A DNA stretch of 27,147 bases from Oligoflexus sp. (GTDB lineage Bacteria; Bdellovibrionota_B; Oligoflexia; Oligoflexales; Oligoflexaceae). Positions 8,118 through 16,902 of this stretch are shown here, piece after piece (position 1 is the stretch's first letter; every line of letters starts with the position of its first letter). The notes below the pieces were generated by a model. The model did not search any database and had not been told where the DNA came from. It saw nothing but the letters and a program-made list of their open reading frames with translations. A program made the translations under genes and the position numbers. The DNA lies in contig JBGSTX010000177.1 in the NCBI GenBank assembly GCA_041736305.1, positions 1 to 27,147 on the forward strand, given 5' to 3'.

Positions 8118-9662
8118 ATGTGTGCTCAGCTCTGGACGGGCCATCAAGCCCGAGCGATAGATCAGCTGAGTATCGAGCGCTACGGAGTCGACGGCCTCAG
8201 TCTTATGGAAGAAGCAGGGCGGGCCGTCTTCCACAAAATCCTCCTTCTGCGCCGTCCTTTTCAAGAAATCGCAATTTTAGTCGGACCTGGCAACAACGGG
8301 GGTGATGCTCTCGTGGCTGCCCGCCTGCTTGTCGAGGCCGCATTGAGCCCGCTTGTATACTCCGTCATGGATCCCTCGTCCCAAGAAAGTCCCGCGAGAA
8401 AAATCCAGAGGCAGCGCTATGAAGCTCTGGGACTCTCTCTGAAAACCTATCGGAACGCCGAAGATTTTGCAGTTTGGAGCCCTTCTCTGATGGTCGTCGA
8501 TGGACTGCTCGGGCTCGGGGTCAAAGCTCCCTTACGGCCTGGAGCTATAGCCTATGCCCTGGAGGCGGCTGCCACGCAAAGACCTCAATGCGTTCTAGCG
8601 ATCGATCTTCCCTCTGGTCTCGATCCCGATCGTTGGGATATCGACGCCATCCTCCCTGCAACGCATACACTTAGCTTCGGCGCCTTCAAGCCGGTGCACC
8701 TCTTTGGTCACCCTGGGAACTGTGGCGAATTGAGCGTGAGTCAGCTCGCATTTCATCCAGCAGCTATCGCGGAATCCTTGAATGAAGGTCCGCAGCTCAG
8801 AGAGCGAGATGCATCGCTAGAAAAGCCCTGGTCTAAGCTAGCCAGCGATGCTCACAAGTATTCGCGAGGCCACGTCTTGATTATCGGCGGCAGTCCCGGC
8901 AAGGTCGGAGCTCTGCTGCTCTCTGCGCGCGCCGCCCTCCGCGCTGGCGCTGGCTGGGTCAGCTGCGCGCCTTTGAGTCTCGAGCTTGCACCGCCTCTGC
9001 ATCCGGCATTCACCTATGAAGGCTGGGCTCTCGAGCGAGGGCTCACGGCGGAGAAGCTGATCGGCTTTATTAGAGAAAGGCGCGTGAAGTCACTGCTGAT
9101 TGGTCCAGGGACCATGCAAAATCCCTGCAGCCGCGATTTGCTTGCGGCTCTGGCGGCCTATGCCCAGCAAGAGAAGCTTTTTATCGTCTTCGATGCGGGT
9201 GCCCTGCGCGATTGGGATACGCTGACTCAGGGGCTGTGCTTCGATCCTAAACAAACCCTCCTCACACCCCATCCTGGCGAATGGAAGGCCATCGCAAGTC
9301 AGCATCAGGATCTCAACTCACTGAGTGCTCTCGACGCAGCTTGGGCTTTCTGCGCTCGCAAAGGGGTAAGTCTCTGCTACAAGTCGTCCCGGCCTCTCAC
9401 TCTCTCCTCCATGGATGGGAAAGAGCAGTTGCGGGTGAATACGACAGGGGATAATAGGCTCGCGAAAGCGGGCAGCGGTGATGTTCTGGCTGGTGTGGCT
9501 CTCGCCTTTGGAGCCGCGGGTCTCGCTGCCGATGCCGCGGCCTATCTGGCTCAGGAAATCGTCGCCAACGCTGCCGTTCGTGCCAGTGAGCGCTTCGGCT
9601 TGCATGGACTTTCCCCTGAGGACCTGAGCGACGAAATAGGAACTTGCCTCGACCGCTATTGA
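8118..9662 (+). CDS. nnr: Bifunctional NAD(P)H-hydrate epimerase/dehydratase (YjeF/Nnr)
   Basis: YjeF_N motifs: LMEEAG, GPGNNGGD, DGLLGLG, AIDLPSG. Carbohydrate-kinase motifs: HKYSRGHV, DAGAL, TPHPGE, AKAGSGDVLAG. Confidence 0.93.
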   Translation: MCAQLWTGHQARAIDQLSIERYGVDGLSLMEEAGRAVFHKILLLRRPFQEIAILVGPGNNGGDALVAARLLVEAALSPLVYSVMDPSSQESPARKIQRQRYEALGLSLKTYRNAEDFAVWSPSLMVVDGLLGLGVKAPLRPGAIAYALEAAATQRPQCVLAIDLPSGLDPDRWDIDAILPATHTLSFGAFKPVHLFGHPGNCGELSVSQLAFHPAAIAESLNEGPQLRERDASLEKPWSKLASDAHKYSRGHVLIIGGSPGKVGALLLSARAALRAGAGWVSCAPLSLELAPPLHPAFTYEGWALERGLTAEKLIGFIRERRVKSLLIGPGTMQNPCSRDLLAALAAYAQQEKLFIVFDAGALRDWDTLTQGLCFDPKQTLLTPHPGEWKAIASQHQDLNSLSALDAAWAFCARKGVSLCYKSSRPLTLSSMDGKEQLRVNTTGDNRLAKAGSGDVLAGVALAFGAAGLAADAAAYLAQEIVANAAVRASERFGLHGLSPEDLSDEIGTCLDRY

Positions 9663-9733
9663 AACTTTTCGAGTTGATAAGGCTTGAGTTTGCACGGGGC
9701 AGCTATTAGAACCTCTCTTTTGGGGAGGCGCTC

Positions 9734-10264
9734 ATGTACCAAATGCCAGGCTCCGTAATCTTGCCGTATAAAGGTAAAATGCCTTTACTGGCCCCAGGCG
9801 TATTTGTCGCTTCAGGTGCGCAGATCATTGGCGACACCGAAATCGGCGAAGATAGCAGCATCTGGTTCAACACAGTCATCCGCGGCGACTGTAACTATAT
9901 TCGTATTGGTAAGCGCACTAATATCCAAGACGGGACTGTAATTCACGTCACCAATACTTTCCATCCAACCATTATTGGCGATGATGTCACTGTCGGGCAC
10001 GGAGTGGTTCTCCATGGCTGTCGCATTTCCAATCTCTGTCTCATCGGAATGGGTGCGATCGTGATGGACGATGTGACGATACCTGAGCGCTGTCTGGTGG
10101 CAGCTGGATCTCTAGTCCCCCCTGGAAAGACCTTCAACCCTGGAACGCTAATCAAAGGCAATCCTGCCCGCGAAGCGCGCGCCCTGAGCGATAAAGAGCT
10201 GGGCGAATTTGAGCGCTCGGTTCGCTATTATCTCGAATACAAGCGAGGTTACGTGCCCCATTGA
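9734..10264 (+). CDS. Gamma-class carbonic anhydrase family protein (YrdA/PaaY-like hexapeptide repeat)
   Basis: IWFNTVIRGD, NIQDGTVIH, VGHGVVLHGC; all three Zn-binding His are present. GGAGG RBS. Confidence 0.93.
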   Translation: MYQMPGSVILPYKGKMPLLAPGVFVASGAQIIGDTEIGEDSSIWFNTVIRGDCNYIRIGKRTNIQDGTVIHVTNTFHPTIIGDDVTVGHGVVLHGCRISNLCLIGMGAIVMDDVTIPERCLVAAGSLVPPGKTFNPGTLIKGNPAREARALSDKELGEFERSVRYYLEYKRGYVPH

Positions 10265-10782
10265 AAATCTCTAAGGACAGCCGCTTGGCTGCATTGAAAA
10301 TTCCGCATTTGCCCATGGTCATAGAAGAAGCCTTCGCAGTTTGGCAGACTCCAGAAGGCTTCGAAGAGCTCGACAAGTGGACGGTGGAAGGCTTGGCGCA
10401 GAAAGCTCACATGCCCGTCGACGGCGTGCTCAAGCGTTTGAATCAGATTCAAGTACTCGCAAGCGATATAGAAATCGAAGCCGAGGAGCTGGCAGCACTG
10501 CAACGGGATAGAAAAGATAAAATTTTTCTCTTGGATGTACGCGAACCCTGGGAGTTTTCACTGGTTCATCTGCCTCAGTCGCATCTGATGGCTAAGCTAG
10601 ATCTGGCAAGAATTTTCGAAGCTCTCAAAGAAATGACCGTGGTCACGATCTGTCACCACGGCCTGCGTTCACTCTCGGCGGCGCTCTATCTGAGGGAAGC
10701 CGGTCTTCCAAGGGTCAAGTCCTTGCGGGGCGGACTAGACCTCTGGGCTCAGGTCTACGACAAGAGCCTCAGACGTTACTGA
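10261..10782 (+). CDS. Rhodanese-like sulfurtransferase with an extra N-terminal domain
   Basis: LLDVREPWE, active-site loop CHHGLRS, SLRGGLDLW. TTG start overlaps the upstream TGA. Confidence 0.85.
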   Translation: MKISKDSRLAALKIPHLPMVIEEAFAVWQTPEGFEELDKWTVEGLAQKAHMPVDGVLKRLNQIQVLASDIEIEAEELAALQRDRKDKIFLLDVREPWEFSLVHLPQSHLMAKLDLARIFEALKEMTVVTICHHGLRSLSAALYLREAGLPRVKSLRGGLDLWAQVYDKSLRRY

Positions 10783-10790
10783 GACTGCGC

Positions 10791-11360
10791 TTAGCGTCTG
10801 GCGCTTAAAGCTTCGTCCAAAGTTTGTGCAGATGGATAATAATAATCCATCGTCGCTTTAATATTGATCTGATCGCTTTGCTTCAGATGGAAGCGATTAG
10901 AATTAGCTAGCTCGTGCATATAAGCTTCGCGCTCGGCCTGGTCAGTGCCCTTGAGCCCCAAAGCATCCTTGACCCGAATGACGAAAAAGTTCTGTAGGCA
11001 ATGGACTTCCAACTCGTGAGCCAAAGTCGAGCCGAGCAGAGCCCAGCTACTGAAAGCTGCTGGTCCTATAGTCACATCCAGTTTACTTCCCCAACCGTTT
11101 AAGGTCGTAAGACCGCGATCTTCCAAATTGAGATCGAGACGGGGGGCCGTCGCTGTCGGAGGAACTTCGATGGCGAACATTTTCAAAGCCAGATCTATGC
11201 TTTCCTGAGTCATAGGCGCTGGACTGCTAGGGGGAACCACACTCACATTACGAACTTCACGGGCGAAATGCTCACGGTGCTCAAGATCTGCGCGGGCTAA
11301 GAAAATACCCCCGGTCGCAGTGAACACCAAGGTCAAACTCAAAATCCGCATCAGCATCAT
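10791..11360 (-). CDS. Exported hypothetical protein with a metallopeptidase-like HExxxH motif; start probably near 11360
   Basis: Signal-like MMLMRILSLTLVFTATGGIFLARA. STLAHELEVHCLQ followed by AEREAY. Confidence 0.65.
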   Translation of the reverse strand: MMLMRILSLTLVFTATGGIFLARADLEHREHFAREVRNVSVVPPSSPAPMTQESIDLALKMFAIEVPPTATAPRLDLNLEDRGLTTLNGWGSKLDVTIGPAAFSSWALLGSTLAHELEVHCLQNFFVIRVKDALGLKGTDQAEREAYMHELANSNRFHLKQSDQINIKATMDYYYPSAQTLDEALSARR

Positions 11361-11564
11361 AGGCACAGCTTGAAAAAACAACATAAGAACTCCGCATCCA
11401 GCACAAGAGAAATCTGCCACAAGCGTATAGATGCAAAGCTTAGACCAGCAAAAAAGGCTGATAATTCGTAAGAAGTGCTGTCAGCTTATTAGTCAATGAT
11501 CGCAGGCCTCATGCACGTCATGAATCAGCTTGCTTCCCAACCCAGATAAGAAGGTGAGAATCGT

Positions 11565-12470
11565 ATGTTGAAAGTCCTTTATTCGCTGCTTATTCTCTTA
11601 GCGAGCCACCTGCCTACCTATGGCACTGCTAACGGAGCACAATGTTCGGATATTCCTCCGCCACCTGCTATATTTAGCTGCCCTCAGCAGGCCCAATGGC
11701 AGCAATGCAAGGAGACCTGGATGCAAGATTTTTGCGACTTGAGCTGCGGCCGCTGCGAAGACGTAGCGACCAAAGTCGTCTGTCCCGGCACCAAACCCAA
11801 CTCGAGCGAAACCCCTACGGTGCCTTATGCTCGCCACATGGACCTGCCCTGGATGACAGTAGGAGAATGGTGTAATCGTTTTCGGGGCAACCTGCAGGAT
11901 CCAGCTCGAGCCAAGGCCCAGCTGGTTTTTATAGGTGATTCCATAACCGAGGGTTGGGCCGGTCGTGGGGCAGAGGTTTGGAAAGAGACCTTCGGGCCCT
12001 ACCAAGCACTGCACCTAGGAATCGGTGGAGATCAGACCCAGCAGGTACTCTGGCGCATACAAAACGGTGAGCTCAATGGTCTCCAGCCCAAGCTGATAGT
12101 TCTCCTCATCGGGGTCAATAATATCGGCTGGGGTAACTGGAACGAAGTCGAGAGCGCAGCCGGTGTCGAAGCCGTCCTGAAAACACTGCACGAACGCCTG
12201 CCTCAGACAGAGATTATTCATCTCGCCATTTTTCCAGCTATGGAAAAACCTGACGACGCCTTTCGCCTTAAAATACGGCGCACCAACGAATATCTAGCCA
12301 AGATTAAGATCGACAGAGTTCGCTTTCTCGACCTTGGCCGGATCTTCCTCAACTCAGACGCCAGCATCAGCCCTTATGTGATGTACGATTATCTGCATCC
12401 CGACCAGGAAGGTTATCGGCGCTGGGCCCAGGCACTGCTGCCTGAGCTGAAAAAGACATTTGGCTACTGA
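11565..12470 (+). CDS. Secreted SGNH/GDSL hydrolase (PAF-acetylhydrolase-Ib-like acetylesterase) with an N-terminal six-Cys module
   Basis: Blocks GDSIT, GIGGD, IGVNN and DYLHP. Signal peptide. Cys27/39/48/57/61/64 module. Confidence 0.9.
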   Translation: MLKVLYSLLILLASHLPTYGTANGAQCSDIPPPPAIFSCPQQAQWQQCKETWMQDFCDLSCGRCEDVATKVVCPGTKPNSSETPTVPYARHMDLPWMTVGEWCNRFRGNLQDPARAKAQLVFIGDSITEGWAGRGAEVWKETFGPYQALHLGIGGDQTQQVLWRIQNGELNGLQPKLIVLLIGVNNIGWGNWNEVESAAGVEAVLKTLHERLPQTEIIHLAIFPAMEKPDDAFRLKIRRTNEYLAKIKIDRVRFLDLGRIFLNSDASISPYVMYDYLHPDQEGYRRWAQALLPELKKTFGY

Positions 12471-12478
12471 ACTTCGCA

Positions 12479-14986
12479 TCAGTGCACGAGCGGAGGTGGC
12501 CCCTCGTATATGAGCTGGCCGCCGTTGTTCCCCGACTCAGGACCGAGTCTGATAAGCCAGTCTGCTGCCGCGATCACCTGGGCATCGTGCTCGACGATGA
12601 TGAGTGTGACACCCTGGGTCACGAGATCCTGGAGCGTTGTGAGCAGAAGATCGACATCTCGAAAATGCAGTCCCGCGGTTGGTTCATCCATGATTAAAAC
12701 GGTGCCGGGCTGCACTCGTTTGCTCAGGTAAGGGGCGAGTTTGAGGCGCTGCGATTCTCCACCGGAAAGGCTCGAACTCGGTTGGCCCAGCTTCAGATAG
12801 CCGAGACCGAGAGCTACCGCAGGTTGCAAGCGTCGCTGGAGCAGACGGTGGTTTTTGAACATTTCAAGGGCTTCGGCTATGGAAAGCTCGAGCACCTGAG
12901 CCAGATTCAAGCCGCCGTAGCGAACATCAAGCAAATGCGGTTTGTAGCGGCAGCCTCGGCACAGTGGGCAAACCACTGAGGCGTCAGCTAAAAAACGCAT
13001 GGATAGAGTCAGCCGACCTTTCCCTTTACATTCCGGGCAACGACCTGCTTCTGAAGAGAGGGAAAAAGAAGAGGCATCCAGCCCGAAGATCTGCGCCTCT
13101 GGCACACTGGCAAAGAGCTGACGTAGCTCGGTAAAGATATCCAGATAGGTGGCCGGCATGCTGACGGAAGATTTTGCGATGGGTTTGCGGGTGATGAGCG
13201 AACAAAAATTGATTTCTTCGATGCCTTTGAGCTGGGCACAGTAGGACCAGTTCATCGGTTTTTTACTGTCCCCATGGGCTAAACGCAGTTCAATATTGCG
13301 ATAGAGAGTCGCGAGGACGAGGCTGCTCTTGCCTGAACCGCTCGGCCCGCTCACTACCGTCATGCGTCCCAGAGGAAAACGTACACGAGGGATTTTCAGA
13401 GTATGAAGGCGAGGCTTTTCGACGACGATAAAACCATCAGCGCCGCTCGGCGCCCTAGGCAACTTTGGCCCCGGGTGGGCCTGCCCGCTGAGATAGCGAG
13501 CCGTGATCGACTCTTCCACGAAGTTGTGAGCTTCGTGCGGCCGAAACTTTGCCAAAAGCTCACCACCCTCCCGGCCACCTCCAGGTCCTAGATCGATGAT
13601 CCAGTCGGCTTTGCGCATGATCTGTGGATCGTGGTCGACTATGAGGACGGTGTTACCTTGGGATTTGAGTTTTTCTATGGCTAGCCAGATTCTATCGATT
13701 TCGGTTGGGTGAAGTCCCTGACTGGGTTCGTCCAGGACGTAGAGCACGCCGCGCAGCTGCTCGCTCAAAATACTTGAAAGGCGCAGTCGCTGAGCCTCAC
13801 CATTGGAAAGACTGCGAATGCGGCGACCGAGATTCAGGTAGCCGAGACCAACAGCGAGCATGCGCCGCAGGTGCGAGAGGACGTGATCGAGAACCAGTCG
13901 CTGAGCGGCTGCATCGGCGGGCAGGGCCTCCAGACTTTCGCTAATAAAAGCCTCGAGCTCGTCGACTGTGCTTTGATAGTGCTTTTGCACCGAACGACCC
14001 CGAAAGAGAATGGCTTTCAGCTCGGCATTAATACCTGTACCCTGACAGGCCCGGCAGGGTTCGGCCTCGAACTGCACTTCATCCTTTTCATCTTCTTCCT
14101 CCTCGGCTTCCACCGCACCGCGACCATCGCAAGTTTCGCAGCGGCCCAGAGAATTCGGCGAAAAATGCCGTGCTTCAAGTCGCGGCCAGCTGAAAGAACA
14201 GACCGGGCAGCCAGCCTGTAGCGAAAGGTGCTGTCGACTCTTCAGGTCTAGATTACCTTCGCCATCGGCGAGGTAGAGAGTAACGATCGAACCACCGAGC
14301 TCCAGAGCCTTCTCGAGTGATCTCTTGACCCGGGCCTCGCGACTCGGCTCCACTTTGGTGACATCGATGATGACTGAGATATCATGCTTCTCATCTTTGC
14401 TAAGCACCGGTATCGGGTCCAGCGAACAAAGGCTCCCGTCTATCCAGGCACGGGTGAAACCCTTCTTTGCAAAATCTTCCATGGGCTTTCGGAACTGACC
14501 TTTTTTCTGCTCGACCACGCTCACTGTGATAGCCAGCATACGCCCAAAGTACTGGCTTTTAACGTGGGCCAAGATCTCGTCGAGGCTTCGAGCCTCGGTA
14601 GGTAGATCATGCTGGGGACAGCGCTTATCCCCAAAGCGAGCGTAAAGCACGCCGAGGAGTTCGCCTACATCGGTGAGACTCGCGACGGTCGACCGCGCCG
14701 AAGGCTGCGTTTCATTCTGGGCCAAGGCTATAGCGGGAGACAGACCACTGGCAGAACGGAGAGCCGGTCGCGAACCCAGGTCTAGAAACTGCCGCGAGTA
14801 ATGAGAGAGCGTGTAGAAAAATCGCCGGTTGGCTTCGGCCAGTACCGTATCAAAGGCTAGTGAACTCTTCCCCGAGCCGCTGACGCCGGTTACGACCGTA
14901 ACCTGACCCCGGGCTATGGACAGGTCGATGTGTTTGAGGTTGTGTTCATGGGCACCTTTGATGTCGATAGTCGAACGTTCCATCAT
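12479..14986 (-). CDS. uvrA: UvrA-family excinuclease ABC subunit A-like protein, atypical (835 aa, insertion domain missing)
   Basis: GAHEHNLK, GVSGSGKSSLAFDT, LSNGEAQR, LYVLDEPSQGLH, GPSGSGKSS, GRCPECKGKG..MRFL..CPLCRGCRY, LSGGESQR, DEPTAGLH. Confidence 0.88.
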   Translation of the reverse strand: MMERSTIDIKGAHEHNLKHIDLSIARGQVTVVTGVSGSGKSSLAFDTVLAEANRRFFYTLSHYSRQFLDLGSRPALRSASGLSPAIALAQNETQPSARSTVASLTDVGELLGVLYARFGDKRCPQHDLPTEARSLDEILAHVKSQYFGRMLAITVSVVEQKKGQFRKPMEDFAKKGFTRAWIDGSLCSLDPIPVLSKDEKHDISVIIDVTKVEPSREARVKRSLEKALELGGSIVTLYLADGEGNLDLKSRQHLSLQAGCPVCSFSWPRLEARHFSPNSLGRCETCDGRGAVEAEEEEDEKDEVQFEAEPCRACQGTGINAELKAILFRGRSVQKHYQSTVDELEAFISESLEALPADAAAQRLVLDHVLSHLRRMLAVGLGYLNLGRRIRSLSNGEAQRLRLSSILSEQLRGVLYVLDEPSQGLHPTEIDRIWLAIEKLKSQGNTVLIVDHDPQIMRKADWIIDLGPGGGREGGELLAKFRPHEAHNFVEESITARYLSGQAHPGPKLPRAPSGADGFIVVEKPRLHTLKIPRVRFPLGRMTVVSGPSGSGKSSLVLATLYRNIELRLAHGDSKKPMNWSYCAQLKGIEEINFCSLITRKPIAKSSVSMPATYLDIFTELRQLFASVPEAQIFGLDASSFSLSSEAGRCPECKGKGRLTLSMRFLADASVVCPLCRGCRYKPHLLDVRYGGLNLAQVLELSIAEALEMFKNHRLLQRRLQPAVALGLGYLKLGQPSSSLSGGESQRLKLAPYLSKRVQPGTVLIMDEPTAGLHFRDVDLLLTTLQDLVTQGVTLIIVEHDAQVIAAADWLIRLGPESGNNGGQLIYEGPPPLVH

Positions 14987-14989
14987 GAT

Positions 14990-15970
14990 TCACCATTTCA
15001 GATAGTGGTGGGCTTGCTGGAGCGCCAGACGGAAACTGTCCTCGCGCGCCGCTTCACTTCCGTAGAGATCGCTAGCCGGTCCATGGTCAGGCGAAAGCCT
15101 GAGAGCCGGCAGACCGCCCGTAACGTTGATGGCATCGTAGAAATGCACGGTTTTCAAAGGACCAAGCCCCTGATCGTGGTACATCGCCAGGACTCCATCG
15201 AAGGCGCCCTGGTAAGCGCGAAAAAAAACTGTGTCGGCTGGATAAGGTCCAGAAACTTCCCAACCTTCTCGCTTCGCTGCTTTGACCGCTTCTTGAACGA
15301 TAAGCTGGTCTTCCGACCCAAAGAGCCCGTGGTCTCCCGCATGGGGATTGACGGCGGCGACGGCGAGGCGAGGCGCTGCGATTTGAAAGACCTCTTGCAG
15401 AGACTGCCCGAGCAAACGAATTTTGCGTCGGATCAGCTCGACCGAGAGAGCGCTAGTCACCGCAGCTAGCGGCATGTGATTCGTCGCCAAGGCCACTCGG
15501 AGCTGGGGTCCTGCCAGTAGCATAATTCCAGCGGTTTTCCAGAGATCTTCGAAGAATTCGGTCTGACCCGGAAAGGCAAATCCGGCCGAAGCTGAAGCTT
15601 TCTTATCGATAGGGCCCGTTAAAACCGCTAGTCGACCTCGCTCCTCAGGGAGAGGCAGACTGCGCAAAGACCAGAGGGCTCGGTTCGCTATACCACCACG
15701 CTCGATTTCGCTCAGTTCCTCGGGCTCCACATCTCTTTCGTCTCCATCAATGGGGAAAAAATAGAGACGAGCTGCCTGCGCTTCTTCCCAAGAGCTAATC
15801 TCTTGCCAGTCGAGCGAAGGCCAGGCAAATTTTTGGCTTTGCCGCAACCACTGGCGGCGCGATCCGACGAGGACTACCGGCCCTTTCTGAGGGCGCGACC
15901 AGAGCGGAGCCAGACGCATGAGACAGGACTGATTGATACTGTAGGGATCGCCCCCTGTAATAAGCAGCAT
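14990..15970 (-). CDS. pdxA: 4-hydroxythreonine-4-phosphate dehydrogenase PdxA family; start ATG 15970 (or 15982)
   Basis: TGPIDK, FPGQTEF, NPHAGD, GPYPADTVF, AMYHDQGL, NVTGGLP, SPDHG. Confidence 0.9.
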   Translation of the reverse strand: MLLITGGDPYSINQSCLMRLAPLWSRPQKGPVVLVGSRRQWLRQSQKFAWPSLDWQEISSWEEAQAARLYFFPIDGDERDVEPEELSEIERGGIANRALWSLRSLPLPEERGRLAVLTGPIDKKASASAGFAFPGQTEFFEDLWKTAGIMLLAGPQLRVALATNHMPLAAVTSALSVELIRRKIRLLGQSLQEVFQIAAPRLAVAAVNPHAGDHGLFGSEDQLIVQEAVKAAKREGWEVSGPYPADTVFFRAYQGAFDGVLAMYHDQGLGPLKTVHFYDAINVTGGLPALRLSPDHGPASDLYGSEAAREDSFRLALQQAHHYLKW

Positions 15971-15972
15971 GA

Positions 15973-16824
15973 TCACGTCCATCCAACTAGAATATAGGTC
16001 GGTTCAGGATCGAATTTTTGGGTAGCGAGAGCCTCGGGACTGACGAGTCCGGTACCGACCAAGAGGGAATCTAGACCGAAATCGCGAGCTCCTCGAATAT
16101 CCGTTTCGAGCTGGTCGCCTATCATCAGGAGATTTTTAGAACCTGCACGCCGGACTGCTTCAGCAAAAATACGCGGGTAGGGCTTGCCGAGCTTTTCAAA
16201 ACGAGGGAGAGGTCCTGTCCCGACGCGGGCCTCCAGCGCTTTTTCGATCAGCAGAGCGATGCTCCCCGCCGTGATGCCGAAATTATCCTTGTCCTTGGGG
16301 TAGATCAGGTCAGGGTTGGTGAGGATGAGTCGGAGAGGAAGATGGCGAGCCATACGGGCCAGAATATGGCTGATTACGGCTTCAATCGTCTCGAGCAAAG
16401 GATAATCGCTTTGATTGGCAACGACGAGGACCTCGAAGGGATCGCGCAGGGCATCGACGATGCGACCTCCGGCAAGGGCGACATAAGAAGCTGAAGAAGC
16501 GGTACCGAGGACGGCCGTCGCCTTGCCCTGCAAGCCTTCCTCAGCAAAAAAGCCCGGCAGTAGAGACGCCGAATTAATGATCTGCTCACTGCGTACCTCG
16601 AGTCCTTTTTTGCGATAGGATGCCTCGGTTTCCGCGATAGTCCGAGAGCTACCGTTGGTCACGATCCAGGTCCGCACCCCACGATCGCTGAGCTGTTTCC
16701 ACAGGCGATCGGCCCCCGGAATGATCGCAGTATCATCCACCAAAACCCCATAAGCGTCGAAGAGCAAACCATCGTAACGAGTCGCGATTTCCATTAAGTC
16801 CTGGATCTTGCTGACCATCATCAC
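15973..16824 (-). CDS. HAD-superfamily subfamily IIA hydrolase (NagD-like)
   Basis: Motif I FDAYGVL, motif II VTN, cap TNPD, GKP, GDQLETDI. Confidence 0.9.
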   Translation of the reverse strand: MMMVSKIQDLMEIATRYDGLLFDAYGVLVDDTAIIPGADRLWKQLSDRGVRTWIVTNGSSRTIAETEASYRKKGLEVRSEQIINSASLLPGFFAEEGLQGKATAVLGTASSASYVALAGGRIVDALRDPFEVLVVANQSDYPLLETIEAVISHILARMARHLPLRLILTNPDLIYPKDKDNFGITAGSIALLIEKALEARVGTGPLPRFEKLGKPYPRIFAEAVRRAGSKNLLMIGDQLETDIRGARDFGLDSLLVGTGLVSPEALATQKFDPEPTYILVGWT

Positions 16825-16902
16825 CCACTTAAAAATTGCGTCCTCATCGAGGCTCGCCTAAGATGCAGCAACGGCAAAAGTCGAAGCCTTTGCAGAGGTC
16901 TC

